Shown here: one piece after another, positions 37,369-49,093 of the stretch
Layout: the number at the start of each line of letters is the position of its first letter
How positions within the stretch are numbered: position 1 is the stretch's first letter
Source of the DNA: Luteolibacter sp.
GTDB lineage: Bacteria; Verrucomicrobiota; Verrucomicrobiia; Verrucomicrobiales; Akkermansiaceae
Direction: 5' to 3'
DNA length: 64,000 nucleotides
NCBI GenBank assembly: GCA_044354135.1
Contig: JBILAN010000006.1
Coordinates: 1,887 to 65,886, forward strand
Notes under the pieces: generated by a model
The model's input: only the letters and a program-made list of their open reading frames with translations
What the model was told of the DNA's origin: nothing
Database searches by the model: none
Made by a program: the position numbers and the translations under genes

Positions 37369-37668
37369 TCAGAGCGGAAACTCGCCATCGTCATCCATGC
37401 CGTGCCAGCCAAGTTTTCCGAATGCGCGGAAGATGGAATGCACAAGTTCACCGTCTTCTTCGCCTTCAGCGTGCTCAATTGTTGCCGAAGCTGAGAGTCC
37501 GCGGTTCGACTCAATACTGATGACGGAGTTGTATCCTTCTAAGTAAATCCAATCGCCCCAGGCCTTTGATTCCAGGCGCGGCTCGAGGTGTTGTTTCTTT
37601 AGCGCATCTAACACTTCTTTAAGTGTTGATGGTGCCGAGGAATCTGAAAGTTGGAGTAGCGTTTCCAT
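37369..37668 (-). CDS. Hypothetical protein
   Basis: 99-aa ORF from ATG 37668 with globular composition; no family recognised. Confidence 0.6.
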   Translation of the reverse strand: METLLQLSDSSAPSTLKEVLDALKKQHLEPRLESKAWGDWIYLEGYNSVISIESNRGLSASATIEHAEGEEDGELVHSIFRAFGKLGWHGMDDDGEFPL

Positions 37669-37847
37669 ATAAAAAGGAGTCGTTTGGCTAAAAAATAAAG
37701 GAATCCTCTCTGTAGGTCTAGAAGTAAGTGGGGCTTGACAGTTTAATTTCAATCATATCTCGGAATTTTGAAAATGGGTTTTGATTTGTGTCTAACAGTT
37801 GGGTTATTTAAATAAATGACTTCTAAGTTCGCAGTGAAGCGGTCACA

Positions 37848-38648
37848 TTGTCGCCGATGCTGAATGATCCCACGCTACTGGCTATTGCACTGGTTGCAGC
37901 GGTATGTATTGGTTTATCAAAAGCTGGCTTCAGTGGGATTTCAATGGTTTCTGTCGTTTTGTTTGCGGATATTTATGGGGCTAAAGTCTCGGTGGGCTTG
38001 GCATTGCCATTGTTAATCGCAGCGGATTTGATGGCTTATCCAGCATTTATCAAGCATGGCTCATGGAGGCTGGTTTGGAAATTATTGCCTGCAACATTGG
38101 TGGGGCTGCTGTTGGGTTGGTGGTTGCTAGGTCAGATTGATGACATGGTGGCGCGGCGAGTGATTGGTGCATGTGTGCTCTGCATGGTTGCGGTGCAGGC
38201 GTTACGAAAATGGCGCCCTGTGCTTTTCGACGCGTTGGCTGAATCGCGCGGGTTTGGCTGTTCCGCTGGAGTGATGGGTGGTTTTTCGACCATGCTGGCC
38301 AACGCTGCCGGGCCGGTGATTCAGCTATATCTGCTTGCACAGCGGATACCGAAGATGGAGTTGATTGGAATCGGCACAAGGTTTTTTCTGCTTATCAACA
38401 TCATCAAAATTCCTCTCAATGCCAAACTTGCGTTGATAACTGAGGAGAGTCTTTGGGAAAATGCGAAACTTTTGCCGGGGGTTTTTGCGGGGATCGTGAT
38501 CGGCCGCTGGTTGATCGGCCGAGTGCCGCAATCGGCGTTTGAATGGATGATTGTGGTTTTTTCATTTATTGCCGCCGCGAGATTGCTGGATATCTGGAGT
38601 TTTTTGCATATGAAGTTTTTTGAAATATTACAAATTATAGCGAGCTAA
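37848..38648 (+). CDS. Sulfite exporter TauE/SafE family protein
   Basis: GLSKAGFSG, LPLLIAAD, GGFSTMLANAAGP, INIIKIP; multiple TM helices. Confidence 0.88.
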   Translation: MSPMLNDPTLLAIALVAAVCIGLSKAGFSGISMVSVVLFADIYGAKVSVGLALPLLIAADLMAYPAFIKHGSWRLVWKLLPATLVGLLLGWWLLGQIDDMVARRVIGACVLCMVAVQALRKWRPVLFDALAESRGFGCSAGVMGGFSTMLANAAGPVIQLYLLAQRIPKMELIGIGTRFFLLINIIKIPLNAKLALITEESLWENAKLLPGVFAGIVIGRWLIGRVPQSAFEWMIVVFSFIAAARLLDIWSFLHMKFFEILQIIAS

Positions 38649-39169
38649 TGATAAATTCCATCGCATCAGAAATTTCTGCATATTGGCAGACACTATGGGT
38701 GTTGCTTGAGACGCCGTTTAACCATAGCTCTTTGGTGTGGGGAATTGTCCCGCTGTATTTCGGTTGGATCATGAACGAGTTTGCGAGTGATAAGCGCTCT
38801 TTCAATACCGCCATGCAAAGCGGCTTCACATTTCTTTGGGCGGGCCTTCATTGGAGTCAGATTTATTTCAAAAAAGGCGGTGGTCTTTCGCTGGTTTTTA
38901 GAGACGGATTGCCGACGATCAATGTGATGGTGACCCTGTTGGTTTTGATCATGGGTATTACGGGTTTAATCAGTGGTATCCGCAAACGTTATCCGAAATA
39001 TTGCTCCTTTCTCGGTCACGCGCGGTTCGCAAATTACGTCATGATTTGTATTTTCGCGATGCAGTCTAACTATCTCCCATGGACTTGGGATCGCTTGATT
39101 GCGATCGTTGTTTTTGCAGTTCCGGTTTGGGTTGTGGTGTATTTTATCTTTAAGCCGATTCGCGGATGA
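38648..39169 (+). CDS. Hypothetical integral membrane protein
   Basis: About five hydrophobic segments; start overlaps the upstream stop. Confidence 0.65.
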   Translation: MINSIASEISAYWQTLWVLLETPFNHSSLVWGIVPLYFGWIMNEFASDKRSFNTAMQSGFTFLWAGLHWSQIYFKKGGGLSLVFRDGLPTINVMVTLLVLIMGITGLISGIRKRYPKYCSFLGHARFANYVMICIFAMQSNYLPWTWDRLIAIVVFAVPVWVVVYFIFKPIRG

Positions 39170-39212
39170 TGATTTTAGCCTCAGAGCGAGAACGTAAGCA
39201 TTGCCATTCAAA

Positions 39213-40646
39213 ATGAAACCTAGACTATTAATCCTCGTTTTCTTCCCGTTCTTATCGATTTGCTTTGCGGGTGAGCGGCCAAACTTCATTTTCTTTCTGA
39301 CGGATGATATTTCCTTCGATGACATCGGACCTTACGGAAATACTCTCGTCAAAACTCCAAACCTCGATCGCATGGCGGCGGAGGGAATGGTTTTTGATCG
39401 TGCTTATCTAACAACGAGCAGTTGCAGTCCGAGTCGCTGCAGCATGATTACAGGGCGATATCCTCATAATACCGGTGCGCCGGAGTTGCACATGCCTCTG
39501 CCGCTGGAACAGGTGACGTTCATCCAGCAACTTAAAGAGGCGGGCTATCACACGATACTCTCAGGTAAAAACCATATGGGCGACGCCGAGGCGCTGGGCT
39601 TTACGAAAGTATCGGGTGGAAAAGGTTCTTCGGCCAGTGAGGACTGGGTGGAAATTTTGAAGAACCGTCCGAAAGATCGACCGTTCTTCGCGTGGTTTGC
39701 ATCGAATGACGCGCATCGCGGTTGGGATTCGGATAATGATTTACTGAGGTATGATCCAGCGACGATTCAGGTTCCTCCTTATATGGTTGATGGGCCTGAG
39801 ACGCGCAAAGATCTTGCTGCTTATTATGGTGAAGTGAGTCGCACGGATGCATTCATTGGGAAACTCATGACCGAGCTTGAGAGTCAGGGAATAGCTAAAA
39901 ATACCTATCTCGTTTATTGCACGGATAATGGTAGGCCTTTTCCTCGGTGTAAAACCCGCCTGTATGACAGTGGATCGAAAGCCCCTCTCCTGATTTGGCA
40001 GCCGGGTGCTATCAAACCCGCCCGCACAAGTTCTCTAACAAGTGTGATCGATTTAGCTCCGACCTTTTTGGATCTTGCAGGACTTAAGCCAAGCTCCACC
40101 ATTCAAGGAGTCAGCATTGTGCCGGTTCTAAAAGATCCGAAAGCGATTGTGCGGGACTTCGCTTTTTCTGAGCGCAACTGGCATGTCTATTCCGCTCATG
40201 AGCGAGCCGTGCGGCATGGAAATTGGTTGTATATTCGAAATGCATTTTCTCAGCAAGCTGCGCTCAGTGTGGAGAGCGATGCCAGTAGGTATCCTGCTGC
40301 GATCGAATATTGGGAGCATCAGCGAACAGGTAAACTTTCACCCCTACAAAAAGATGTGCAATTAGCTCCCCGCCCAAGCATTGAGCTCTACCGCACCGAT
40401 ATGGATCCTCACCAATTTACCAATCTCGCAGGACAACCCGAACATCAAGAAATCCAATCGTTGCTCTCAAAGACCTTGGATCAATGGATAGATCAAACAG
40501 GTGATACGGTTCCTGAAAATCCTACACCCACACGCCGAAAGGGAGATCCTCAAAGAGGCAATCGTGGGGAAATTCCCGGCGCCGCAAAACAAGCACAACG
40601 CATCAATCATGCAGGTCCTGTCTTGTTTAATCTAACAGAAAAATAA
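39213..40646 (+). CDS. Sulfatase, N-sulfoglucosamine sulfohydrolase-like
   Basis: RPNFIFFLTDD, CSPSRCSMITGRYP, GKNH, DAHRGW, TDNGRPFPRCK, ELY.T..DP..F.NLA. Confidence 0.9.
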   Translation: MKPRLLILVFFPFLSICFAGERPNFIFFLTDDISFDDIGPYGNTLVKTPNLDRMAAEGMVFDRAYLTTSSCSPSRCSMITGRYPHNTGAPELHMPLPLEQVTFIQQLKEAGYHTILSGKNHMGDAEALGFTKVSGGKGSSASEDWVEILKNRPKDRPFFAWFASNDAHRGWDSDNDLLRYDPATIQVPPYMVDGPETRKDLAAYYGEVSRTDAFIGKLMTELESQGIAKNTYLVYCTDNGRPFPRCKTRLYDSGSKAPLLIWQPGAIKPARTSSLTSVIDLAPTFLDLAGLKPSSTIQGVSIVPVLKDPKAIVRDFAFSERNWHVYSAHERAVRHGNWLYIRNAFSQQAALSVESDASRYPAAIEYWEHQRTGKLSPLQKDVQLAPRPSIELYRTDMDPHQFTNLAGQPEHQEIQSLLSKTLDQWIDQTGDTVPENPTPTRRKGDPQRGNRGEIPGAAKQAQRINHAGPVLFNLTEK

Positions 40647-40724
40647 TTTGTTGTGGTGAAATACTGTGAGATGAATACCAGATAACTGGCAAGCAAGCCT
40701 CAGAAATCCACTTGGATTTTTTCG

Positions 40725-41792
40725 TTAGATTTTCGGCACGGGACCTATCGTTCCCTCTTCGATAAATTCTGATTTGGTGGAATATTGTTGTTTATCGATT
40801 TTGCCATTCTGAACTTCAGTAACCCAGCGCACCGCCCGCCTGATGATGGGTTTTGCATCCCAGTTGATGTGTGCAACCTTTGGCAGAATCCATGAGAAGG
40901 TTGGATTTGGTTCGGAGCATATGAGTGAGATGTGTTGCGAGGCAAAAATTCCACGGCGTGCCAGATGTTGTTGGGTGATCATGAAAAACGATGCCTCATC
41001 CAGTATGATCGCGGTAGGAGGGGTGACCTTGAATAAACCATCTAAAGTACGTTCGAATCCCTTGGGCGTTTCCTCCCAATCAGGTAAATTATAGCTGCCA
41101 ACTTTGATACCGTGTGAGGCAAGTTCATTCAGAAATGCTTGCTCGCCCGCTCCCGGTTTTGGCTTTCTCCTTTCCTCTCGCGCAAGCATCACGATTTTTC
41201 TGTGACCCAGCTCAATGAGGCGTTTGGTCGCTTTGTGAATCGAAGTTTGCCTGTCTACTCCGGCTCCAGCAATTTCAACTTCCTGTCTCCGTCCAAAGCA
41301 GGCGAAAGCTGGTATGTTTTGTGATGCGAACCAATGAAGCACCTCGTAGGAACCGGAGAGAATGATCCACACATCCGCTTGGCTTTTATCTATGCAGGCA
41401 GCGATCTTTTTAGTATTCCGACCAATATCTATGATGGTTTGCGAGGCAAAACTCGTGATGTGTCCCGCGGCTTCGAGTTGATGCCGCAGCTCAATCGTAA
41501 AAGGTAATGCACGATCATTTAGATCGTAGAGAAGAATCGATATCCGCAAGGAGCTGACTTTTTCCCCAGTGGGTTTTACAATCAGGCTCTTTTTTCTAGC
41601 TCCCTGATCTTTCAAGAAACCTTCGTGTTTCAATTTGGCGACCGCAGCGACGACCGTTTTCGGGCTGACTCCCAGCTCTTTGCCCAACTTATGCACACCA
41701 GGTAGAGTCTGGCTCAGGGTTCCGGATATAATTCCCTCCCTTAAATACGCGACAAGCTGATCAACGGCGCTTAGTGGGTGAAATGGCTTCAT
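40725..41792 (-). CDS. GntR-type HTH plus LacI-like sensor domain transcriptional regulator
   Basis: LPGVHKLGKELGVSPKTV..AV..L..EG; LIELGHRKI; PPTAII. Confidence 0.8.
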   Translation of the reverse strand: MKPFHPLSAVDQLVAYLREGIISGTLSQTLPGVHKLGKELGVSPKTVVAAVAKLKHEGFLKDQGARKKSLIVKPTGEKVSSLRISILLYDLNDRALPFTIELRHQLEAAGHITSFASQTIIDIGRNTKKIAACIDKSQADVWIILSGSYEVLHWFASQNIPAFACFGRRQEVEIAGAGVDRQTSIHKATKRLIELGHRKIVMLAREERRKPKPGAGEQAFLNELASHGIKVGSYNLPDWEETPKGFERTLDGLFKVTPPTAIILDEASFFMITQQHLARRGIFASQHISLICSEPNPTFSWILPKVAHINWDAKPIIRRAVRWVTEVQNGKIDKQQYSTKSEFIEEGTIGPVPKI

Positions 41793-42247
41793 GGCTGCAG
41801 GATTCTATAATCTTTTGGAGTATAGAAAATCATTCTGAAATGCCAGATCTATTATTTCGGGCAGAAAAATGCTTACAGATCATGTAAAATAGGGTGAAAA
41901 TATTTTTTAAGAAAAAATAGAAAAAATTCTGAAGCGGCTTCGCTCTTTATATGTAGGCGGTAAGTATTCGGGCAAGGTCCGTTGATTCACCGTTAAGTTT
42001 TTTGCCTGTTGTTGATGTGCTGCGAAATGCGGTTCATGAATTGGCGGGAGTTTTCAGCAGTTTTGGAAATCACTTTCTGATCAAATTTTACAGCCGCTGA
42101 AGCTTCCCGACAGTTTATGAGCCGCTTTCCCATCGCATGTTGCTTTTGAAAAGTGGACCATTGGTCCGCTTTTTTTATTTGGGTATCGGCTACAAACATG
42201 CATCAATTTCTTTTCGCGACCAGGCGATCCAACATTAGGAGTGTTCA

Positions 42248-43066
42248 ATGATTAAGAAGAAAGACTGTCCGGATTGTCCGGAAATTACGGATGAGCATCA
42301 GATTACCGAGGAGGAAATACGTCAGCAAAAGATCTTTGAGTTGGAGGCGGAAGAGCGCTCATGGTTAGCAGGTCCGCGTTCTCGATTTCATGATTTATGT
42401 TCGCTGTTTCGAGTGGGTTTGGATTTGATTCGAGCATATCGGATTTTGCATTTCGTGGGGCCTTGTGTGACGATTTTTGGTTCTGCTCGGACCAAGCCTG
42501 GGACTCGATGGTATGAACTGGCGAGAGAAATGGGCGCAGCAAGTGCAGAGCTGGGTTTTACGGTGATCACAGGTGGAGGGCCTGGCATCATGCAGGCGGG
42601 AAATCAAGGTGCTTATGAAGCAGGCGGCCGCTCTTTAGGAGTGAATATCATTTTGCCTTTCGAGCAAGAGGTGAATCCTTACGTCCACCGCTCGGTGAAC
42701 ATGCGCTACTTTTTCACGCGCAAAACCATGTTGGTGAAATATTCGTATGCCTTCATTGTTATGCCCGGTGGTGCTGGAACCATGGATGAAATGTTCGAGA
42801 CCATGACCCTGATCCAAACTGGCAAACTTAAAAACTTTCCTATCATTCTGATGGGCAAAGATTTCTGGCAGCCATTGATGGATTTTTTATATAAAATGGC
42901 AGACGAAGGCATGATTAACCCTGAAGATCCTGAGCTGATCTTTTTCACCGACAGTGTTGAGGAAGCTAAGGCTCATTTGCAGCGTCACGCGGTCAGGCAG
43001 TTTGGCTTGCGTAGAAAAAATACACCGAAACCGATCTCCGCACTCGGGGAAAAGGGGATGGCTTAA
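42248..43066 (+). CDS. LOG family (TIGR00730-type) Rossmann-fold protein
   Basis: VTIFGSAR, TGGGPGIM.AGN.GA, FFTRKTML, PGGAGTMDE.FE. Confidence 0.9.
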   Translation: MIKKKDCPDCPEITDEHQITEEEIRQQKIFELEAEERSWLAGPRSRFHDLCSLFRVGLDLIRAYRILHFVGPCVTIFGSARTKPGTRWYELAREMGAASAELGFTVITGGGPGIMQAGNQGAYEAGGRSLGVNIILPFEQEVNPYVHRSVNMRYFFTRKTMLVKYSYAFIVMPGGAGTMDEMFETMTLIQTGKLKNFPIILMGKDFWQPLMDFLYKMADEGMINPEDPELIFFTDSVEEAKAHLQRHAVRQFGLRRKNTPKPISALGEKGMA

Positions 43067-43102
43067 ACCTAAAATCCACAGTGGTCACTGCGGATTTTAG
43101 GT
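43067..43102. terminator. 17-bp stem hairpin between convergent genes
   Basis: ACCTAAAATCCACAGTG-GT-CACTGCGGATTTTAGGT (one mismatch), followed by heptamers GGTTATT TGTTATA GGTTATT. Confidence 0.55.
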
Positions 43103-43165
43103 GGTTATTTGTTATAGGTTATTAGGAAATACCAACCTCTTGGCTCCGAGCTCTATGCTCTATGC

Positions 43166-44005
43166 TTACGCCTTCGGCAGGAAAAACCCGCGCTGTTTCT
43201 CAGAAATTGTCATCCCGAGTTTTTCCATCACCGCGAGCATGTCTTCCCACAGTAAGCGTTTGACTTGATTTGAGCTGCTCTGGAGTAGGTAGCTAGGATG
43301 ATAGGTGACGCGTACGGGGATATTCGAGATTTGATGCCATGTCCCCCGCATGCTCTCTAGGCTTCCTGATAAATTGAGTAGTCCCACCGCTGCTATGTCG
43401 CCAAGAGCGATGATGAGTTCGGGTTGAACGATATCGATCTCTGCCAGCATCAGAGGTAGGCAACTTGCTATTTCCTCTGGATTTGGTTTGCGGTTGTTTG
43501 TAGTTTGCTTGGGGATGGCTGGGCGAAATTTCACCAAGCTGGAAATATAAATCTCATCACGCGAGATCCCCATCGCCTTGAGAATATCATTGAGCTTTTG
43601 TCCAGCTGGTCCAACGAAGGGCTGAATATCCTTTTCTTCGTGGTAACCCGGCGCATCGCCTATCATCATGATCTTCGCATCCACATTGCCCGACGCAAAG
43701 ACCAGTGTTTCACGTAAACTCCCCAGCGCATGAGCCGGTGCCCAACTTGCGGCTTGGCGTCTTACGCTTTCGAGCTTTGCGGCTTTGTCTGAGCCGTCGA
43801 TGACCAATTTTGCGGTTTGAGTAATAGGACGGGAAGCACTGGCAATTTCAACAGCAGGGCTTGGAGGCTTGGCTATGGGTTTTCTTGCGCGAATATAAAG
43901 CTCCCGCATACCGTCGCGCGCCTCATCGTCCAGAAAAACATGGGTTTTGCCACGTGCCTGCTCGGACTCGAGAAATTCAATAAGGACATCGACAGGGCGG
44001 CTCAC
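43166..44005 (-). CDS. Uracil-DNA glycosylase family 4
   Basis: GDAPG..EE...PFVGPAGQKL..IL, VKFRP...NRKP..EEI..C, VTYHPSYLL. Confidence 0.9.
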   Translation of the reverse strand: MSRPVDVLIEFLESEQARGKTHVFLDDEARDGMRELYIRARKPIAKPPSPAVEIASASRPITQTAKLVIDGSDKAAKLESVRRQAASWAPAHALGSLRETLVFASGNVDAKIMMIGDAPGYHEEKDIQPFVGPAGQKLNDILKAMGISRDEIYISSLVKFRPAIPKQTTNNRKPNPEEIASCLPLMLAEIDIVQPELIIALGDIAAVGLLNLSGSLESMRGTWHQISNIPVRVTYHPSYLLQSSSNQVKRLLWEDMLAVMEKLGMTISEKQRGFFLPKA

Positions 44006-44107
44006 AACCCAGTGTTATGATTTCCTTGAAACCGAATCAACACCCACCTCGAGTTTTTTTTATTTTTCAATCTTGCGGCTATGATTTGGAACCCATAGAC
44101 CCTAGCC

Positions 44108-45415
<1,308 letters not shown>

Positions 45416-45426
45416 TAAAAAACATC

Positions 45427-45460
45427 AAAAGGGCGCGGATTCACATCCGCGTCCTTTTTT
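45427..45460 (+). terminator. Intrinsic terminator after xylA
   Basis: AAAAGGGCGCGGAT-TCAC-ATCCGCGTCCTTTTTT. Confidence 0.8.
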
Positions 45461-45555
45461 GTGCATAATTATCAAGCTTGGTTGATGGTGGATAACTCAC
45501 CAGTTCGAATTCGAACTTTTATTTTCTCCATGGATGAACTAGACGTTACTAGAAA

Positions 45556-46071
45556 ATGAAATCTTCCACCTATGTGCATAAATATTCGAAAGGTATGTTC
45601 CTTGATTGGAATCCAATTATGCGCTTTATTTTTCTTGGGCCCTTAACAGGTGCTTTTCTCGGCCTTACGCAAGTGGCGGTAGCAGTTGTAATTTGGGTGC
45701 TTCATCATACGCCTGATTTTTATTTTCGTGGCGCACAAGGAGTCGTGTTATCATTCTTTATCTTTACTGTAGGTGGCGGAATGGCTGGATGCGTCTATGG
45801 TGGAGTGCTATTATTATTCGAGCGCTTCAGTCGTAGGCGAATTCGTCCGCTTATGACAATGGGACTCACACTAGGTTTGGCTGTCATGAGCGCAGCGCTC
45901 ATTGTGACAGTGGAATTCCGGCAGGAAAAAATTGGATGGATCTTAGCACCTCAGATCAGCGCGTTTCTCTGTGGCTTATTGGCTTCTCTACTGTCGTCTG
46001 TGCATTATGAAATTGAAGATGACGTGGAAGACTCTGGCCTGAGTCCGAATAACAGGACACTCGATAAGTAG
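45556..46071 (+). CDS. Hypothetical membrane protein (start uncertain)
   Basis: About four TM segments. Confidence 0.55.
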   Translation: MKSSTYVHKYSKGMFLDWNPIMRFIFLGPLTGAFLGLTQVAVAVVIWVLHHTPDFYFRGAQGVVLSFFIFTVGGGMAGCVYGGVLLLFERFSRRRIRPLMTMGLTLGLAVMSAALIVTVEFRQEKIGWILAPQISAFLCGLLASLLSSVHYEIEDDVEDSGLSPNNRTLDK

Positions 46072-46147
46072 AGTTTTTGGATAAGGTAGGAATTTTTGCG
46101 CGCATTTGAGGATTGGCTGGTAAGGACTGTAATTGGTGGCTGCGAGA

Positions 46148-47077
46148 CTATCCTCTATTGGCGAGTTGAGCTTGGATCCTGGTGAGTAGTTTTTGCAGTG
46201 CTGGCATTTTTACGCCTGCTGCGATTCCGCGGCGGAGAGGTTCTTGCCAGATGGGGCCGAGTTCAAGTTCACGACCTTCGATGAAATCAATCATCGTGGA
46301 CGGTTGGTAAGGACCCATGGGGCGTGTGCGTTCGATATTGGATTCGATAAGGCTTTGATCTAACAAGACTCCCTGTGCGGCAGAAGCAGTGATGACTTCC
46401 TGCATCAAAGTGCGGATTTCGGTTTCGATGATGGGGTTCGTTAACAACATATCGGTGGTGATTCCACCCTCTGCGACAGCGAGTCCGTTGAACGGGATGT
46501 TCCAGATCAATTTCTCCCATTGGGCTTTGGCGAGATCATTAACAGCAGTGGCAGGTATATTAGCAGCTTTAAAACGCTGGGTGATCCTTTCCGCATTGTC
46601 TAAATTGCCATTCGAAAACTTTCCTATTGTCATTCGTCCGCCGGCAGAGTGGCGAATCGTTGCATGCGCGATGCGATTGATACAGACAAAACAAAGGCCT
46701 CCGTAGACGCGATCTGCGTCGACGATTTTTGCGATCTGCTCGCAGTTTCCTAAGCCGTTTTGCAACGTGAGCACTTGGGTGTTGGCGTGCATGAGTGGAG
46801 GTAAGACGAAGGCAAGCGCATCATTTGCCGTGGCTTTCCATGCGACGATAACAAGATCTACGGGCCCGATGTCCTCAGGCTTATTGAAAGCGGAAATATT
46901 GGGGAGATGGAAATTTCCAGCGATGCTTTCAACCTCCAATCCACATTTTGAGAGATGATCGTAATCTGATCTCGCGAGAAATCTCACATCGATCCCAGCT
47001 TCCGCGAGGCGTCCGCCATAATACAAACCGATTGCGCCAGAGCCTATGATGGCGACGCTGTTGAAATCCCATTTCAT
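46148..47077 (-). CDS. panE: 2-dehydropantoate 2-reductase
   Basis: IIGSGAIGLYYG, VAWKAT, LTLQNGLG, WEKLIWN.PFN, STM.DF..GR.LE. Confidence 0.9.
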   Translation of the reverse strand: MKWDFNSVAIIGSGAIGLYYGGRLAEAGIDVRFLARSDYDHLSKCGLEVESIAGNFHLPNISAFNKPEDIGPVDLVIVAWKATANDALAFVLPPLMHANTQVLTLQNGLGNCEQIAKIVDADRVYGGLCFVCINRIAHATIRHSAGGRMTIGKFSNGNLDNAERITQRFKAANIPATAVNDLAKAQWEKLIWNIPFNGLAVAEGGITTDMLLTNPIIETEIRTLMQEVITASAAQGVLLDQSLIESNIERTRPMGPYQPSTMIDFIEGRELELGPIWQEPLRRGIAAGVKMPALQKLLTRIQAQLANRG

Positions 47078-47102
47078 TTTAGAGAAATTCTAACAACTTA
47101 AA

Positions 47103-49091
47103 TCAAGTCGCACTCGGCGCGCCACCGTGTTGAGGTGTTGTGGTGGTAACGGAATTTTTCTTAGGCATGCAAAGCAGGGCTTCGCTGATCAGGAAAAACA
47201 GCATGGCGAGCAGAAACCCGCGCCAGATATGAGTGGAGAGTGAAGGATCTGATGTCTGACCGGCTTGGTCTAGCAGGCGGTAGTCGGTTCCTTCCAGTAT
47301 TAGATCGAGACTATCTTTGGTAGTGGTTTCCAATTCATCTTCAGCAAGTGGGCGGTTCACGGCAGTCAGGCGATTTCCGAGACGGAAGACGCCAGCAACG
47401 TGATCGCTGTTTTCTTTTGAGTAATCATCCACGCGAGTTCGTGTTTCACCGGGTGCAAGCATGGCGGCATCTGAGCCAACTTCCGCTAGGAACGAGGCAT
47501 CAAAGCGCTCCGCGCCGAGAGCGAGGATGCGTTGGACGGCCGGCAGTAGCACATCGGCATCGCCGAGATTGGACCATGTGTAATCGGGAATGCTGCCGAT
47601 GGTCCAGAGCGTGCCTTTGTCGATAATTTTACGGGTGATAAACGGTTCACCATCTTCCCATTTTGCGAGAACAGCGGCATCGCTTTTTGGGATGGCGCGT
47701 TTGATGGCGCGGAGGCGTTCAGCAGGTATGGGTGAACCTTCGACGCCGTCGCGCAATGGGCCATCGGCACGTTCCCAATCTTTCAGGATGAAAAATTTCC
47801 CGGATCCAGATGTGGAGATAGGCTCCCACTGAGTTTCGAGAAACGCCTCGGTGGTTGCTGATTTGGGGCTTGGCAAGAGGACGACCTGGCCACCGCTTGA
47901 GAGGAAATTTTGCAGGGTCTTGGCGCTTTCTCCGGTGGGAAGTGGAGCGGCCCAGAGAACCAACGAGAGTTCGGAAGTTGATGTTGCGGCGAAGGCAGCG
48001 GGCTCAATGCGGGTGACGGTTTGTTTTTCAAAATTAGGCGGTGCGGCAGCGAGGCTCAGATAGTTAGCAGCTTCGTTAGATTCAGAAACGATGATGGATT
48101 TTATCGGACGAGCTGGGCCGTATGCGAAGAAGACGGAGTTATCGCGAGGGTTACCATCGGCCGGGATGGAGAGCCAGCCATGTCCGGATTCATCTTCGAG
48201 TTTGATCGGAATGCGTTTTTGGAAACGAAGTGATTGTCCGGGAAGAGTGATAAGTTCGTTTTGTGAGGCACCGTTGATTTGAGTTGTGACTGGAAGGCTG
48301 ATGCTGCCGCGGTTGTCTTTGGAGCGGTTGAGTTCCAAATTCAGGATCAACCCATCCATGGTTCGGCGGGTGCCGAGCAGGCGTAAAGAGGTGTTGGTTG
48401 CAGCGTCTCCGCTGATCGAAAGGATGCGGATTGCGGGTTTTTCTGGGAGGCTTTGTAGATTCGCGCGCAGAGTGACCCAGCGATCGTCATCGGGACGCCA
48501 GTTAGAGCGTTGGAGATCCGATGCGAGCCAGATTTCCGAGCGGCCCGTGGATTTTGTTAGGACATCTGCAGCGGAGGCTAGCAGGGTGGGCACATTCGCG
48601 GTGGAATCAGTAGCAGCGGTTGCGGAGATTTCACCGAGAACATCAGGCGAAGGTATTTCCTGCGGTTTGCCTGATGCGCTATCGATCACGACAAGACGTG
48701 GGCTTCCGATGTTTGACATCGCATCTCGAATTTTTCGCAGCACAAGCTCGCGCTTGGCATCCTCACCATCACCGGAACGGAGTTCCATGGACGCGCTGCG
48801 ATCCAGAATGAGAACTACGGTATCTATCGTACCTGCGCCCCAGCCGAGGAGTCCGGAAACGATGGGACGGGCGGCGGCAAAGGCGAGTGCTGCGAGTCCG
48901 AGGGTGCGGCATGTTAGGATGAGAATGTGGCGGAGTTTCTTTTTGCCACGTGATTCACGCGTGGCTTTGAGAAGGAACTGCATCGCCGCCCATTGAAGGG
49001 TTTTGTGACGGCGCTTGTTGAGCAAATGGATGATCACTGGGACGCTTGCTGCTGCCAGAAACCAAAGAAGAAGTGGGGAGAGAAAGGTCAT
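47103..49091 (-). CDS. BatA/aerotolerance N-terminal plus VWA-like domain protein
   Basis: MTFLSP...PVIIHLL....WAAMQFL, LAFAAARP, ILDRSASM, ASDLQ; C-terminal TM. Confidence 0.85.
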   Translation of the reverse strand: MTFLSPLLLWFLAAASVPVIIHLLNKRRHKTLQWAAMQFLLKATRESRGKKKLRHILILTCRTLGLAALAFAAARPIVSGLLGWGAGTIDTVVLILDRSASMELRSGDGEDAKRELVLRKIRDAMSNIGSPRLVVIDSASGKPQEIPSPDVLGEISATAATDSTANVPTLLASAADVLTKSTGRSEIWLASDLQRSNWRPDDDRWVTLRANLQSLPEKPAIRILSISGDAATNTSLRLLGTRRTMDGLILNLELNRSKDNRGSISLPVTTQINGASQNELITLPGQSLRFQKRIPIKLEDESGHGWLSIPADGNPRDNSVFFAYGPARPIKSIIVSESNEAANYLSLAAAPPNFEKQTVTRIEPAAFAATSTSELSLVLWAAPLPTGESAKTLQNFLSSGGQVVLLPSPKSATTEAFLETQWEPISTSGSGKFFILKDWERADGPLRDGVEGSPIPAERLRAIKRAIPKSDAAVLAKWEDGEPFITRKIIDKGTLWTIGSIPDYTWSNLGDADVLLPAVQRILALGAERFDASFLAEVGSDAAMLAPGETRTRVDDYSKENSDHVAGVFRLGNRLTAVNRPLAEDELETTTKDSLDLILEGTDYRLLDQAGQTSDPSLSTHIWRGFLLAMLFFLISEALLCMPKKNSVTTTTPQHGGAPSAT

Positions 49092-49093
49092 TT

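Noticed and set aside
41993-42199. 68-aa ORF in the regulator-LOG intergenic region
   Set aside because: No motifs and a weak start. Probably promoter DNA, although a degraded gene cannot be excluded.
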